Assembly: GCA_036339495.1 (NCBI GenBank)
Contig: JAYZAW010000100.1
Coordinates: 1 to 37,092 of the forward strand
Length of the DNA stretch: 37,092 nucleotides
Source of the DNA: Pseudomonadota bacterium
GTDB lineage: Bacteria; Pseudomonadota; Alphaproteobacteria; MPNO01
Direction of reading: 5' to 3'
The position numbers were made by a program, and so were the translations under genes. Shown in pieces: positions 8,256 through 18,149 of the stretch (within the stretch, counting starts at the first letter, position 1; the number at the start of each line of letters is the position of its first letter). The notes below the pieces were generated by a model, which saw nothing but the letters and a program-made list of their open reading frames with translations, did no database searches and had not been told where the DNA came from.

Positions 8256-9662
8256 ATGTCGGGGCCTAAGACGCTGTTCGACAAAATTTGGGAAAAACAC
8301 CTGGTTGATGTCCAGGATGACGGCACCTGCCTGATCTATATCGACCGCCATATCATTCATGAGATCACCAGCGCCCAGGCGTTTGACGGGTTGCGTGAAA
8401 ACGGCCGCAAGCCGCGCCGGCCGAAATCCACCCTGATGGTCGCCGATCATAATGTGCCGACGTCAGACCGGTCGCTGCCGATAGAGAACGAGGAATCCCG
8501 AATTCAGGTCGAGTTGCTGGAAAAGAACGCCCGGGAATTTAATCTTCCCTTTATCGATTACCGCGAAGTCCGTCAGGGCATCGTCCATGTCATTGGCCCG
8601 GAACAGGGATTTACATTGCCGGGCTGCACACTGGTCTGTGGCGATAGCCATACCTCGACCCATGGTGCGCTCGGCGCGCTGGCATTCGGGATCGGCACGT
8701 CCGAGGTCGAACATGTGCTGGCGACCCAGACATTGATTCAGAGCCCGTTGAAAAACATGCGTATCACGGTCGATGGTTCGCTGCCCGACGGGCTGACCGC
8801 CAAGGATTTGATCCTGGCCATAATCGGCAAGATCGGCACCGCCGGCGGCACCGGTCACGTGATCGAATATGCCGGCCGGGCGATCGAGGAATTGTCGATC
8901 GAAGGCCGCATGACGGTGTGCAATATGTCAATCGAGGCCGGCGCCCGCGCCGGGCTGGTGGCGCCCGACCAGAAAACCTTCGATTACGTGATGGGCCGTC
9001 CCATGGCGCCCAAGGCCGGGCAATGGGAACACGCCGTGAAAATGTGGAAGCAATTGCCGTCCGATGAGGGCGCGGCTTATGAGACCGAGGTTACGCTGAA
9101 TGCGGCGGACATCGAACCGCAGGTGACCTGGGGCACCAACCCGGAAATGGTGTTGCCCATATCCGCCAACATTCCGAACCCGGCCGATGAACAGGATCCG
9201 GGCCGGCGCGATCTCTACGAACGGGCGCTCAAATATATGGAGCTCGAAGCCAATTCGAAGCTCACCGATATCCATATCGATAAGGTGTTTATCGGGTCGT
9301 GCACCAATTCGCGCATAGAAGACATGCGCGCCGCCGCCCAAATTGCCAAGGGCCGCAAGGTGGCCGACAGCGTTTACGCCATGGTCGTGCCCGGCTCAGG
9401 TTTGATCAAGGAACAGGCCGAGGAAGAGGGGCTGGACAAGATATTCACCGAGGCCGGATTCGATTGGCGAGAGCCGGGCTGTTCTATGTGTCTCGGGATG
9501 AACGGCGATATGCTACAGCCGGGCGAACGGTCGGCTTCGACATCGAACCGCAATTTCGAGGGCCGCCAGGGTCCCGGCGGGCGCACCCATTTGGTCAGCC
9601 CCGCCATGGCCGCGGCCGCCGCGATCAACGGGCATCTGTCGGATGTCCGGGATTTCATATAG
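8256..9662 (+). CDS. leuC: 3-isopropylmalate dehydratase large subunit
   Basis: [43 protein letters not shown]. Confidence 0.98.
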   Translation: MSGPKTLFDKIWEKHLVDVQDDGTCLIYIDRHIIHEITSAQAFDGLRENGRKPRRPKSTLMVADHNVPTSDRSLPIENEESRIQVELLEKNAREFNLPFIDYREVRQGIVHVIGPEQGFTLPGCTLVCGDSHTSTHGALGALAFGIGTSEVEHVLATQTLIQSPLKNMRITVDGSLPDGLTAKDLILAIIGKIGTAGGTGHVIEYAGRAIEELSIEGRMTVCNMSIEAGARAGLVAPDQKTFDYVMGRPMAPKAGQWEHAVKMWKQLPSDEGAAYETEVTLNAADIEPQVTWGTNPEMVLPISANIPNPADEQDPGRRDLYERALKYMELEANSKLTDIHIDKVFIGSCTNSRIEDMRAAAQIAKGRKVADSVYAMVVPGSGLIKEQAEEEGLDKIFTEAGFDWREPGCSMCLGMNGDMLQPGERSASTSNRNFEGRQGPGGRTHLVSPAMAAAAAINGHLSDVRDFI

Positions 9663-9671
9663 GGAGGCCGG

Positions 9672-10280
9672 ATGATGGAAAAATTCACCAAGCTCGACGG
9701 CGTCGCCGCCCCTATGCCGATGATCAATTGCGATACCGACCGCATCATCCCGGCGCGGTTCCTGAAAACCATCAAAAAAACCGGACTCGGCGTGAACCTG
9801 TTCAATGACGTTCGCTATAACGAAGACGGCTCGGAAAAGCCGGATTTCGTACTCAATAAAGGGCCGTATCGCGAGGCGAAGTTCCTGGTCGCGGGCGAGA
9901 ATTTCGGCTGCGGGTCGTCGCGCGAGCATGCGCCGTGGGCGCTGATGGATTTTGGCATCAAATGCGTAATCGCGCCAAGCTTCGCCGATATATTCTACAA
10001 CAACAGCTTCAAGAACGGCGTGTTGCTGATCACCCTGCCGCAGGAGCAAATCGACCGGTTGATGGATGACGCGGAAAAGGGCGCAAATGCGCGCATGGCC
10101 GTCGATCTGGAAAGTCAGGAGATCACCCGCCCCGATGGCGAGACCATCCCGTTCGACATCGATCCCCATAGAAAACACTGCCTGCTGAACGGGCTCGATG
10201 ATATCGGCCTGACCATGCAAAAGGACGAAAAAATTTCGACTTATGAAGGCGCGCGCAATACCGCCGAGCCCTGGCTGTAA
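9672..10280 (+). CDS. leuD: 3-isopropylmalate dehydratase small subunit
   Basis: [38 protein letters not shown]. Confidence 0.98.
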   Translation: MMEKFTKLDGVAAPMPMINCDTDRIIPARFLKTIKKTGLGVNLFNDVRYNEDGSEKPDFVLNKGPYREAKFLVAGENFGCGSSREHAPWALMDFGIKCVIAPSFADIFYNNSFKNGVLLITLPQEQIDRLMDDAEKGANARMAVDLESQEITRPDGETIPFDIDPHRKHCLLNGLDDIGLTMQKDEKISTYEGARNTAEPWL

Positions 10281-10304
10281 CACCAACCCGGCGATCGAAT
10301 TGCG

Positions 10305-10332
10305 GTGAGGGCGGGCTTGAACCCGCCCTTGC
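10305..10332. repeat. GC-rich palindrome between leuD and leuB (REP-like or stem-loop)
   Basis: AGGGCGGG (10308-10315) loop CTTGAA CCCGCCCT (10322-10329); no long U tract. Confidence 0.5.
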
Positions 10333-10361
10333 GCTGTCGAGATAAATAGGAGATTTAGAAT

Positions 10362-11474
10362 ATGGCCGCCAACAAGAAGCTTCTAATTTTGCCGGGCGAT
10401 GGGATCGGACCCGAGGTCATGCGTGAAGTGCGCCGGGTGATCGACTGGGCCGATAAACGCCGTCATATCAGCTTCGATATGACCGAAGAGCTGGCCGGCG
10501 GGTGCGCGATCGACGCCCACGGCGTGCCGATTACGGATAAGACGATGGAAACCGCCATGTCGGTCGATGCCGTGCTGCTGGGCGCGGTCGGCGGACCGAA
10601 ATGGGACGGCATCGATTTCGACATTCGCCCGGAAGCGGGGTTGCTGCGTTTGCGGAAAGACCTGGAGTTGTTCGCGAATTTGCGCCCGGCGCTGGTGTTC
10701 GATGCCCTGGCCGAGGCCTCCAGCCTGAAGACTGAGCTGGTCGCGGGGCTCGATATCCTGATTCTGCGGGAACTCACCGGCGGCGTCTATTTCGGCGAAC
10801 CGCGCGGCATCGAGACCCTGCCCGATGGACAACGCAAGGGGGTCAATACCCAGGTTTACACCACGTCCGAGATCGAGCGCGTTGCCCGCGTTGGTTTCGA
10901 CCTGGCGCGTAAGCGCGGCAACCGTCTTTGCTCGGTGGAAAAGGCCAATGTGATGGAAAGCGGCCTGCTGTGGCGCGAGGTCGTGACCGAACTGCACAAG
11001 GCCGAGTTCAGCGACGTGGAATTGTCCCACATGCTGGCCGATAATTGCGGCATGCAGCTGGTGCGCAACCCGAAACAGTTCGATGTGATCGTTACGGACA
11101 ATCTGTTCGGCGATATGCTGTCCGACGTCGCGTCCATGTTGACCGGTTCGCTCGGCATGCTGCCCTCGGCTTCGCTCGGGCCGGCGGATGAAAGCGGCCG
11201 GCGGCGCGCCATGTACGAACCGGTGCACGGCACCGCGCCCGATATCACTGGAGAATCCAAAGCCAATCCGTTGGCGACGATTTTGAGCTATTCCATGATG
11301 CTGCGCTATTCCTTCGACATGGGGGAAGACGCCGATCTGGTCGACCAAGCTGTTGAAAACGTTCTCAATTCCGGCCTGCGCACCGGCGATATCTTGCAGC
11401 CCGGCAAAACCCTGGCGTCGACCGGTCAAATGGGCGACGCAGTCCTCGCCGAACTCGACAAGCTGGCGGCTTAA
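10362..11474 (+). CDS. leuB: 3-isopropylmalate dehydrogenase
   Basis: [41 protein letters not shown]. Confidence 0.98.
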   Translation: MAANKKLLILPGDGIGPEVMREVRRVIDWADKRRHISFDMTEELAGGCAIDAHGVPITDKTMETAMSVDAVLLGAVGGPKWDGIDFDIRPEAGLLRLRKDLELFANLRPALVFDALAEASSLKTELVAGLDILILRELTGGVYFGEPRGIETLPDGQRKGVNTQVYTTSEIERVARVGFDLARKRGNRLCSVEKANVMESGLLWREVVTELHKAEFSDVELSHMLADNCGMQLVRNPKQFDVIVTDNLFGDMLSDVASMLTGSLGMLPSASLGPADESGRRRAMYEPVHGTAPDITGESKANPLATILSYSMMLRYSFDMGEDADLVDQAVENVLNSGLRTGDILQPGKTLASTGQMGDAVLAELDKLAA

Positions 11475-11499
11475 GCCGAATTTAGGATAGGAACGCAAA

Positions 11500-12516
11500 A
11501 TGGGTTACAGGGTCGCCGTGGTTGGCGCGACCGGCAATGTCGGTCGCGAAATTCTGCAATGCCTCGCCGAGCGGGAATTCCCCGCCGATGAGGTTGTTGC
11601 GCTGGCGTCGGAAAATTCCATCGGCCAGGAAGTATCGTTCGGCGAAGACGATATCCTTTTGGTGCAGAATCTCGATGGGTTTGATTTCGAGGGAACCGAC
11701 ATCGCGCTGTTTTCCCCCGGCGCCAAGGTGTCGGCCAAGCACGCGCCGCGCGCCGCCGCCGCGGGATGCGTGGTGATCGACAATACGTCGCAATTCCGCA
11801 TGGACCCGGATATTCCGCTGGTGGTGCCGGAAGTCAATGGCGACGCCATCGCCGATTATAAAATACGTAATATCATCGCCAACCCGAATTGTTCGACAAT
11901 CCAGATGGTCATGGCGCTCAAGCCGCTGCACGACGCGGCCGTCATCGAACGCGTGGTGGTGTCGACCTATCAATCGGTGTCGGGGGCCGGCAAAGCCGGC
12001 ATGGATGAGTTGTTCCAGCAGACGCGGGGCGTTTTTGTGAACGATCTCAAGGATCACGAGCAGTTCACCAAGCAGATCGCCTTCAACGTCATTCCCCATA
12101 TCGACGTGTTCATGGATGACGGCGCGACCAAGGAAGAATGGAAAATGGTCGTCGAGACCAAGAAAATTCTCGGTGATTCCATTCAGGTCGCCGCGACCTG
12201 CGTTCGGGTGCCGGTGTTTATCGGCCACGGCGAAGCGGTCAATATCGAGTTTGAAAATTCCATGTCGGAGGCAGAAGCGCGCAAACTATTGCGCGCCATG
12301 GACGGCGTCACCGTGATCGACCATCGCCATGACGAAGGCTATGTCACGCCCGTGGAATGCGCCGGCGATGACCAGGTCTATGTCAGCCGCATCCGGCTCG
12401 ACCCCAGTGTGCCCTTTGGCCTTAGCATGTGGGTAGTCTCCGATAATCTGCGCAAGGGCGCGGCGCTGAACGCAGTCCAGATCGCCGAAAAGCTCGTAAA
12501 AGATTATCTCAGCTAG
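11500..12516 (+). CDS. asd: Aspartate-semialdehyde dehydrogenase
   Basis: VVGATGNVG, IANPNCSTIQ, DNLRKGAALNAVQIAE. Confidence 0.98.
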   Translation: MGYRVAVVGATGNVGREILQCLAEREFPADEVVALASENSIGQEVSFGEDDILLVQNLDGFDFEGTDIALFSPGAKVSAKHAPRAAAAGCVVIDNTSQFRMDPDIPLVVPEVNGDAIADYKIRNIIANPNCSTIQMVMALKPLHDAAVIERVVVSTYQSVSGAGKAGMDELFQQTRGVFVNDLKDHEQFTKQIAFNVIPHIDVFMDDGATKEEWKMVVETKKILGDSIQVAATCVRVPVFIGHGEAVNIEFENSMSEAEARKLLRAMDGVTVIDHRHDEGYVTPVECAGDDQVYVSRIRLDPSVPFGLSMWVVSDNLRKGAALNAVQIAEKLVKDYLS

Positions 12517-12528
12517 ACCATTGTCCGG

Positions 12529-13212
12529 TTAGTTGACCGTCTTCCTGGTCCCGTCATGCTGGCGGCAGGCGACGCCGCGGATGGTTTCAGTTCGGCCGTT
12601 GATGGTCGACCGGGCGGTATAGTCGCGGCAATAGCGGTTTGGGTCGCTGGTGTTGGTGGCGACCGGCGTGACTTCGTAAGTGCCGCCCGAGTCCGGGTTG
12701 CGCCAGGCCACGGTCTGGCCGGTGCGCGCGGTTTCGAGTACGCGGCCGACGCAGGTTTGGTCGATTTCATCCATGGCGCGGCCAATGGAACCGCCGACCA
12801 AAGCGCCGAGAATGGCGCCGATCGCCGTGGCGGCGAGCCTGGTGTCGCCCTTGCCGATGGTTGAACCGATATAGCCCCCCGCCGCGCCGCCTATCGCGCC
12901 GCCTATCAGGTCGCGGTTGCAGTTGTCGAGCGTGATACGGGGCAGGGTGACCGGGGTCGCGGCCGGCTCGACGCTTTCGCGATAATCACGATAGCGCTCA
13001 CGGGAATATCCGTCCTTATGTTTTTTGTGCTTCCTGTGTTTTTTGTATTTACCTTTTTCGTGCTTGTCCTTGTAACCATGCGCCGGGGCCCAGCGCGGCG
13101 GGTCGGCAAAGACCGATTTGGAGAACAGGACCGGTGCGGAAAACGTGACGGCGCACATAGCCAGGGCGCAAAACAGATAAGTGGTTTTACGGATTATCGA
13201 CGTCTCGGTCAT
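12529..13212 (-). CDS. Glycine-zipper 2TM / Rickettsia 17-kDa-antigen-like (RT0821/Lpp0805) surface protein
   Basis: GGAGG SD before ATG 13212; signal peptide; DPPRWAPAHGY; GGAIGGAAGG glycine zipper; WRNPDSG, YCRDY, ACRQHDG. Confidence 0.85.
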   Translation of the reverse strand: MTETSIIRKTTYLFCALAMCAVTFSAPVLFSKSVFADPPRWAPAHGYKDKHEKGKYKKHRKHKKHKDGYSRERYRDYRESVEPAATPVTLPRITLDNCNRDLIGGAIGGAAGGYIGSTIGKGDTRLAATAIGAILGALVGGSIGRAMDEIDQTCVGRVLETARTGQTVAWRNPDSGGTYEVTPVATNTSDPNRYCRDYTARSTINGRTETIRGVACRQHDGTRKTVN

Positions 13213-13234
13213 TTCGACCTCCGTTAAATGCCTT

Positions 13235-13711
13235 TCAATAGGGCGTCCCGTCGCTATGCAGGAACGTCCGTTCTCCATCCGATTTTGACAGCCGCAAATC
13301 CGCGTCCGGATAAGTGACCTCATCCTTGGCCGCTCGGGTGCCCACCTCCAGGTAAGTAGAGGGCGCATCGGAGCGGTTCTCCAGCCTGTGGCCGTCGTTT
13401 GAATTGGCCGGAAAGCCCGCCATAATGCCGGGGCCGAGCAGCTGTTCGCCGTCATCGGTGACCAACGTCGGCGTGCCGGTCAGGATCAGCACGAATTCGT
13501 CTTCGGCGCTGTGCGTGTGGCGCAGCGAGGAATTGGCGCCCGGCGCCAGCCTGCCGAGATTGACCCCGAACTGGGTAAGCCCCAGAACGTCGCCGATGAT
13601 CCGGCGTTCGCGTCCGGTCATGGCGGTGTCATAGGGTGGCGGGTAAACCTGGCGGCCGAACCATTCGGTGGTTTCCGGGTCCAGCGCCGGCAATTTCAAT
13701 TCATCGGCCAT
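13235..13711 (-). CDS. Cupin domain protein
   Basis: GLTQFGVN, SSLRHTHSAEDEF, GHRLENRS, YLEVGTR, YPDADL. Confidence 0.9.
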   Translation of the reverse strand: MADELKLPALDPETTEWFGRQVYPPPYDTAMTGRERRIIGDVLGLTQFGVNLGRLAPGANSSLRHTHSAEDEFVLILTGTPTLVTDDGEQLLGPGIMAGFPANSNDGHRLENRSDAPSTYLEVGTRAAKDEVTYPDADLRLSKSDGERTFLHSDGTPY

Positions 13712-13744
13712 TTATATCTTCTCCCCGATTGGGTGGTGTTCGGT

Positions 13745-15142
13745 TTACGGCAGGAAATCGGCAAGGTCGACTTTGTCGTAATTGAGCGGCATGGCCGCAT
13801 CGAACCGTTCCGGCGCCTCCCCGCCGACGGGCCGGGTCGCGTCGATCAGCCATTTCGCGCCGATGCGGTACATCGGGTCCTGCCCGGAAATGGTATTGGA
13901 GGCATTGTCGAGCGACCAGGTGCGCGTGTTGGGAATCATGGTCACATCACGCTCGGCATGAACCCGCGTGGTCATCGACCAGAACACATGGCCCATATCC
14001 GACGCATCAATATCCTCATCGACCGCGATCACCAGTTTCGGATGAAGCTGGGGGCCGGACAACGCCGCCAGAAGCGCGGTTTTGGCCTGTCCCGTGACCC
14101 GCGGCCGCAGTTTGATAACCACCGCCATGCATCCCGATTCTCCTAGGGCGCGCACGTCCAGAAGATCGAGCCCGCCTTCGACATTGGCGAGATGACGCCA
14201 CAGCAGCATATCCTGGGTGGTGGTCACGATCGCCTGGGTATCGGTCATCGGCGCGCCGCATTGCATCGCGTAAAACACCGGATCCGCGCGCCGCGTAATC
14301 GCCGAGACTTGTATGACCTGAGTTACCCCGGCCGGGCCATAGCCACCCGACCCCTCGCCGAAAGGTCCTTCCTCGACCATGACATCCGGCGGGACCACGC
14401 CTTCGATCACCAGCTCCGCCTCGGCGGGGACTTCCAGATCGACGGTTTCGCATTTCACCAGCCGGACCGCCTCGCCCAGCAGTGATCCCGCCAGCGCGAA
14501 TTCGTCATCGCCATAGCGCGCCGTGAAGGCGGCCGCAAAATAAAACGCGGGGTGCGCGCCGATCACCATGGCGATCGGCATTGGTTCATTGCGCGCCTGA
14601 TATTTTTGATAGATGCGCTGCGCCTGGCGCGGGCAGATCAGAAAGCCCGTGCGGTCCGGTCCCTGAATTTGTTGCCGGTGGATCGACACATTTCGCAGCC
14701 CCGTATCCGGGTCGCGGATCACTGCCATGCCGGATGCGATATAAGGTCCCGGGTCCCGTTCCGACGTCCAGGCCGCGGGGATTTTGGTCAAATCGGCCTC
14801 CGGCCCGCGCAGAATGACCTCCTTGACCGGCGCGGTGGCCGGGTCGGCGGCGACCGGCGGAATTTCCCCTTTACTCCGGGCGGTGATTTCACCGATGACT
14901 TGGCTTTCCGTGACGCCCAGGGCGATGCCCCATTTGCGCCGGTCGGTTACGATCTGGTTGGCCACGCGCCAGCCCGGAAAGCCTTTCAGATTGTCGAATA
15001 AAGACGACTTTCCAAGCTGGTCATAGGTTTTCCACCCGATCGCGGTGAGGTCGGCATGGGGGTCGACTTCGGCGCTGAACCGAAGTAGCTCCCCCTGTTG
15101 TTCCAGGCTGCCGAGATAGCCTCTTATGGATTGGTCCGCCAT
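13745..15142 (-). CDS. UbiD-family (prFMN-dependent) decarboxylase
   Basis: ERDPGPYI, NVSIHRQ, VPAEAELVIEG, EGPFGEGSGGY, VDEDID, IDATRP. Confidence 0.93.
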   Translation of the reverse strand: MADQSIRGYLGSLEQQGELLRFSAEVDPHADLTAIGWKTYDQLGKSSLFDNLKGFPGWRVANQIVTDRRKWGIALGVTESQVIGEITARSKGEIPPVAADPATAPVKEVILRGPEADLTKIPAAWTSERDPGPYIASGMAVIRDPDTGLRNVSIHRQQIQGPDRTGFLICPRQAQRIYQKYQARNEPMPIAMVIGAHPAFYFAAAFTARYGDDEFALAGSLLGEAVRLVKCETVDLEVPAEAELVIEGVVPPDVMVEEGPFGEGSGGYGPAGVTQVIQVSAITRRADPVFYAMQCGAPMTDTQAIVTTTQDMLLWRHLANVEGGLDLLDVRALGESGCMAVVIKLRPRVTGQAKTALLAALSGPQLHPKLVIAVDEDIDASDMGHVFWSMTTRVHAERDVTMIPNTRTWSLDNASNTISGQDPMYRIGAKWLIDATRPVGGEAPERFDAAMPLNYDKVDLADFLP

Positions 15143-15189
15143 GAGTCGAGCCTATCATGGCGCATGCTCCATCTGCTACGGTTGACGGC
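15143..15189. promoter_or_regulatory. Back-to-back extended -10 elements, putative bidirectional leaderless promoter
   Basis: Minus: TGaTAGGCT, 6 nt, ATG(15142). Plus: TGcTACGGT, 7 nt, ATG(15190). No clear SD on either side. Confidence 0.55.
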
Positions 15190-16545
15190 ATGTTCGATCA
15201 CATAATGTTCAAAAGCCATTCGGAGATTGTCGCCGCGCAGGAGACGAATTTCGCCGAGACCATGGACCTCGCCGTTGATCGTCACCCCTGGTGCGCCCGG
15301 GTCATGGCGGATCGCGGTCTGACCCGGGGCGATTTCCGTTCCCTCGACGATATCGTCAAATTGCCGGTCACTTTCAAGCGGGATTATATGTCCGCACCGG
15401 ACGCATTCCGGTTGAACACGGATGGGCTGGCCCCGGAAATGCAGGCGGCCTGGGATGTCATGCACACTACGGGAAGCACCTCCGGAAAGCCGACGCCGTT
15501 CCATTCAACGACCTGGGATTTTTTCGATATCCTCACCCTGCAGCATGCCACGATGGCGTTGCGCAAAGTCGATGAAAGAGATGTCATCGCAAATCTCTTT
15601 CCCCTGACCATGTGGCCCCATGGCGGGTTTACCCGTGCGATTCACGCCGCCGCCGTAATGAACATCCCGGTGGTCTCGGCGCTGCCCGGCAACCCGTCTC
15701 CCCATTTTCAGTGGGGCCGGGGTCTGGATGAGGTGGTGGCGACGATCCAACGCAGCCAAGCCACGGTGTTATGGGGCGTGACAAGCTATATCCGGCGGGT
15801 TCTGGTGCGCGCCGCCGAGTTAAACTCGGATTTCTCGCCGGTGCGCGTGGTTCTGGTGACCGGAGAAGCCGCGCCGGAGGGGCTGCGCCGCGATCTGGTC
15901 ACCCGGCTGGAAGCGCTTGGCGCAACGGATCCGTTCGTCAGCATTTCTTATGGGTCGACGGAGATGCAGGGCGGGATGGTTGAGTGCGCTCACGGCAGCG
16001 GTTACCACAACCCGGCGCCGGACCAGTTTTATGTCGAGATCGTCGACCCCGATACCCATGAACCGGTTCCCGACGGCGAACCCGGCCTGATTTTGCTGAC
16101 CCATCTCCGGCGGCGCGGAACCTTGCTTCTGCGCTACGCTTTGGGCGACATTACGCGGCGCACGCGCGAGACATGCCCCCATTGCGGCACAAATTCCGAC
16201 CGGTTGACCGAAATCCCCCATCGGGTGGATTCATTGGTGAAGATCAGAGGAATGCTGGTCAACCCCGATCTCATCAGTGAAATACTCGCCGCCCAGCCCG
16301 GCATCGCGGAATTCCAGATCGTGATCGACCGCACCGATCTGTCCGATCGCCATTCCATGGACCGGATGACGCTGCGCATTGCGCTCACGAGCGAGAATGC
16401 GGCGGTGGATGGGCTCGCCGACCGCGTCAAACATACGGTCGGCGTTACCCCGGTTATTGAGATACTGTCCGGTGACGAAATTTATCGTCCCGGTGATACG
16501 CTGAAATCGAAAAGGATTGTCGACCTGAGAACATCCGACGAATAG
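15190..16545 (+). CDS. Phenylacetate-CoA ligase (PaaK)-like aryl-CoA ligase
   Basis: KLPVTFK, TTGSTSGKP P-loop, YGSTEM, VEIVDP, LLRYALGD, RVDSLVKIRG, KSKR; in-frame ATG at 15157 is an alternative start. Confidence 0.88.
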   Translation: MFDHIMFKSHSEIVAAQETNFAETMDLAVDRHPWCARVMADRGLTRGDFRSLDDIVKLPVTFKRDYMSAPDAFRLNTDGLAPEMQAAWDVMHTTGSTSGKPTPFHSTTWDFFDILTLQHATMALRKVDERDVIANLFPLTMWPHGGFTRAIHAAAVMNIPVVSALPGNPSPHFQWGRGLDEVVATIQRSQATVLWGVTSYIRRVLVRAAELNSDFSPVRVVLVTGEAAPEGLRRDLVTRLEALGATDPFVSISYGSTEMQGGMVECAHGSGYHNPAPDQFYVEIVDPDTHEPVPDGEPGLILLTHLRRRGTLLLRYALGDITRRTRETCPHCGTNSDRLTEIPHRVDSLVKIRGMLVNPDLISEILAAQPGIAEFQIVIDRTDLSDRHSMDRMTLRIALTSENAAVDGLADRVKHTVGVTPVIEILSGDEIYRPGDTLKSKRIVDLRTSDE

Positions 16546-16622
16546 CGATTTCCTTACGCGGCATATTGACGGATTCGCCGGACATGCTTGTCGACGACGG
16601 GGCATCGATTTATAACGGGGCC

Positions 16623-17303
16623 ATGTCGGATGATGTTTCTATTTTGGATTCCGCCGTCGCCGCCCACCATGAAGGGCGGTTGGACGAAGCGGAAGCGCTC
16701 TATCAGCAGATCATTGCCGCCGAGCCTGAACACGGCGAGGCGCTCCACCTTTTGGGAATGCTGAGTTTTCAACTGAACCGCACCGACCAGGCCGTGGATT
16801 ATTATAACCGCGCCGTCGCGTCGAACCCGGCGATCGCCAAATATCACGGCAATTTGGGGACGGTGCTGGTCGCGCTCAGGCGTTATGACGAAGCGGCGGC
16901 CCATCTCGAACAGGCGTTGTCTCTCGACCCGGCTCTCGCTGAAATTCAAAACAGCCTGGGGGCCGTGCGCCGAGACACCGGCCGCATGGACGAAGCCATG
17001 GCGGCTTTCCGCGAGGCGATCCAACTTGACCCCGGTTATGCCCAGGCCCATGCCAACCTTGCCGCGGTGCTGCTGGCGCAGGGCAACAGGAGCGAGGCGC
17101 TGTCCGCCGCCCGCGCGGCCGTCGCGGCCGATCCAAATGATCTGGACGCCCGCAATATTCTGGCGGCGTCGCTGGCGGAATCCGGCTTTCGGGAAGATGC
17201 CGAAAAAGAACTGCGCTATGCCCTGGAACTCGCTCCCGGTGACCCGGAAATTCTCAGAAACCTGGACGTATTGGCCGAAATATCAGACGCGTCGGATTCG
17301 TAA
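16623..17303 (+). CDS. Tetratricopeptide repeat protein
   Basis: About six 34-aa TPR units; TTGTCG-N17-TATAAC promoter ending 6 nt before ATG 16623 (leaderless). Confidence 0.88.
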   Translation: MSDDVSILDSAVAAHHEGRLDEAEALYQQIIAAEPEHGEALHLLGMLSFQLNRTDQAVDYYNRAVASNPAIAKYHGNLGTVLVALRRYDEAAAHLEQALSLDPALAEIQNSLGAVRRDTGRMDEAMAAFREAIQLDPGYAQAHANLAAVLLAQGNRSEALSAARAAVAADPNDLDARNILAASLAESGFREDAEKELRYALELAPGDPEILRNLDVLAEISDASDS

Positions 17304-17328
17304 GAGCCCCGGCATCGCGATTCGGTCG

Positions 17329-17934
17329 TTACATTTCTTCGACAATAGTCGCTGTCATTGAGGGACGCCGGTTGAATTCGTCCGACCAGGCGGCGAGCTT
17401 CGGATGTTCTTCGCGCCAGGAATCTTCCGGGAAATGCATATCGACAAAGGCCAGCGCGACCGCCAGGGTAATGGTCCCGGCATCGATAACATCGGCAAGG
17501 TCGCCGACTTCCGCTTCCAGGGAATGAATGGCGCGATCCACGGCGGCCTTGTTATGGACCATCCAGCCTTTTGACTGGCGCTCGGGTTTGCGCATTCTTT
17601 CCACGAAAATATTGACCGTGCATCCAATCATGCCATCGCCCAGAGCTTGACGCCGGAGCGTCGTCCAACGCGCGGTGCCCTTGGCCGGAATGAGACTGAG
17701 ATCATCCAGAAAGCTGTTGAAATAATCCATAATGACAGGGGAATCGAAAAGCACCATCCCATCATCGGTCACAAGGCACGGTATTTTACCGAGCGGGCTG
17801 GGCGAAGATTTCACGTCCTCTGGATTGATCGGACTGACCATGACGCGCTCGATGCGCTCGGCGAGCCCGGTTTCAAGGGCCGCGACCCAAACCTTGCGGA
17901 CAAAAGGCGAGGTCGATGAGAATCGAAGTTTCAT
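17329..17934 (-). CDS. Glutathione S-transferase family protein
   Basis: TSPFVRKV, PLGKIPCL, FDSPVI, WREEHPKLAAW, RPSM. Confidence 0.9.
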   Translation of the reverse strand: MKLRFSSTSPFVRKVWVAALETGLAERIERVMVSPINPEDVKSSPSPLGKIPCLVTDDGMVLFDSPVIMDYFNSFLDDLSLIPAKGTARWTTLRRQALGDGMIGCTVNIFVERMRKPERQSKGWMVHNKAAVDRAIHSLEAEVGDLADVIDAGTITLAVALAFVDMHFPEDSWREEHPKLAAWSDEFNRRPSMTATIVEEM

Positions 17935-17986
17935 GGCAATGTTCCCTTGAACGGAAATTTAGGTAGCTCTGTTGGAGTCGGCGTAC

Positions 17987-18037
17987 TCAAAAATGGTCTC
18001 TGCGGGTCCATATCTAATGGATTTCTATTTTCAACAT
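17987..18037 (-). pseudogene. gloB: Collapsed remnant of hydroxyacylglutathione hydrolase (glyoxalase II)
   Basis: AAGGT SD, then MLKIEIH*IWTRRDHF*: resembles a GloB N-terminus (xLEIHQI) fused to a GloB C-terminus (RKDxF*), at the usual gloB position divergent from the methyltransferase. Confidence 0.6.
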
Positions 18038-18149
18038 GTGCGGACCTTATTGTGAAACGTCATCCTGATTGCGCCGTCCGCCAAATTAGCAAAGTCCATC
18101 CTGCAACGCTATCGTACGTGTCGCGCACCCATTGTGGTACAATGCGACC

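Noticed and set aside
13213-13455. N-terminal extension of the glycine-zipper protein
   Set aside because: Overlaps the cupin gene; ATG 13212 has a GGAGG SD and a signal peptide
13745-15142. Calling this gene the ubiquinone-pathway ubiD
   Set aside because: Context (CoA ligase, cupin, no ubi genes) and divergent sequence point to a catabolic family member; symbol withheld
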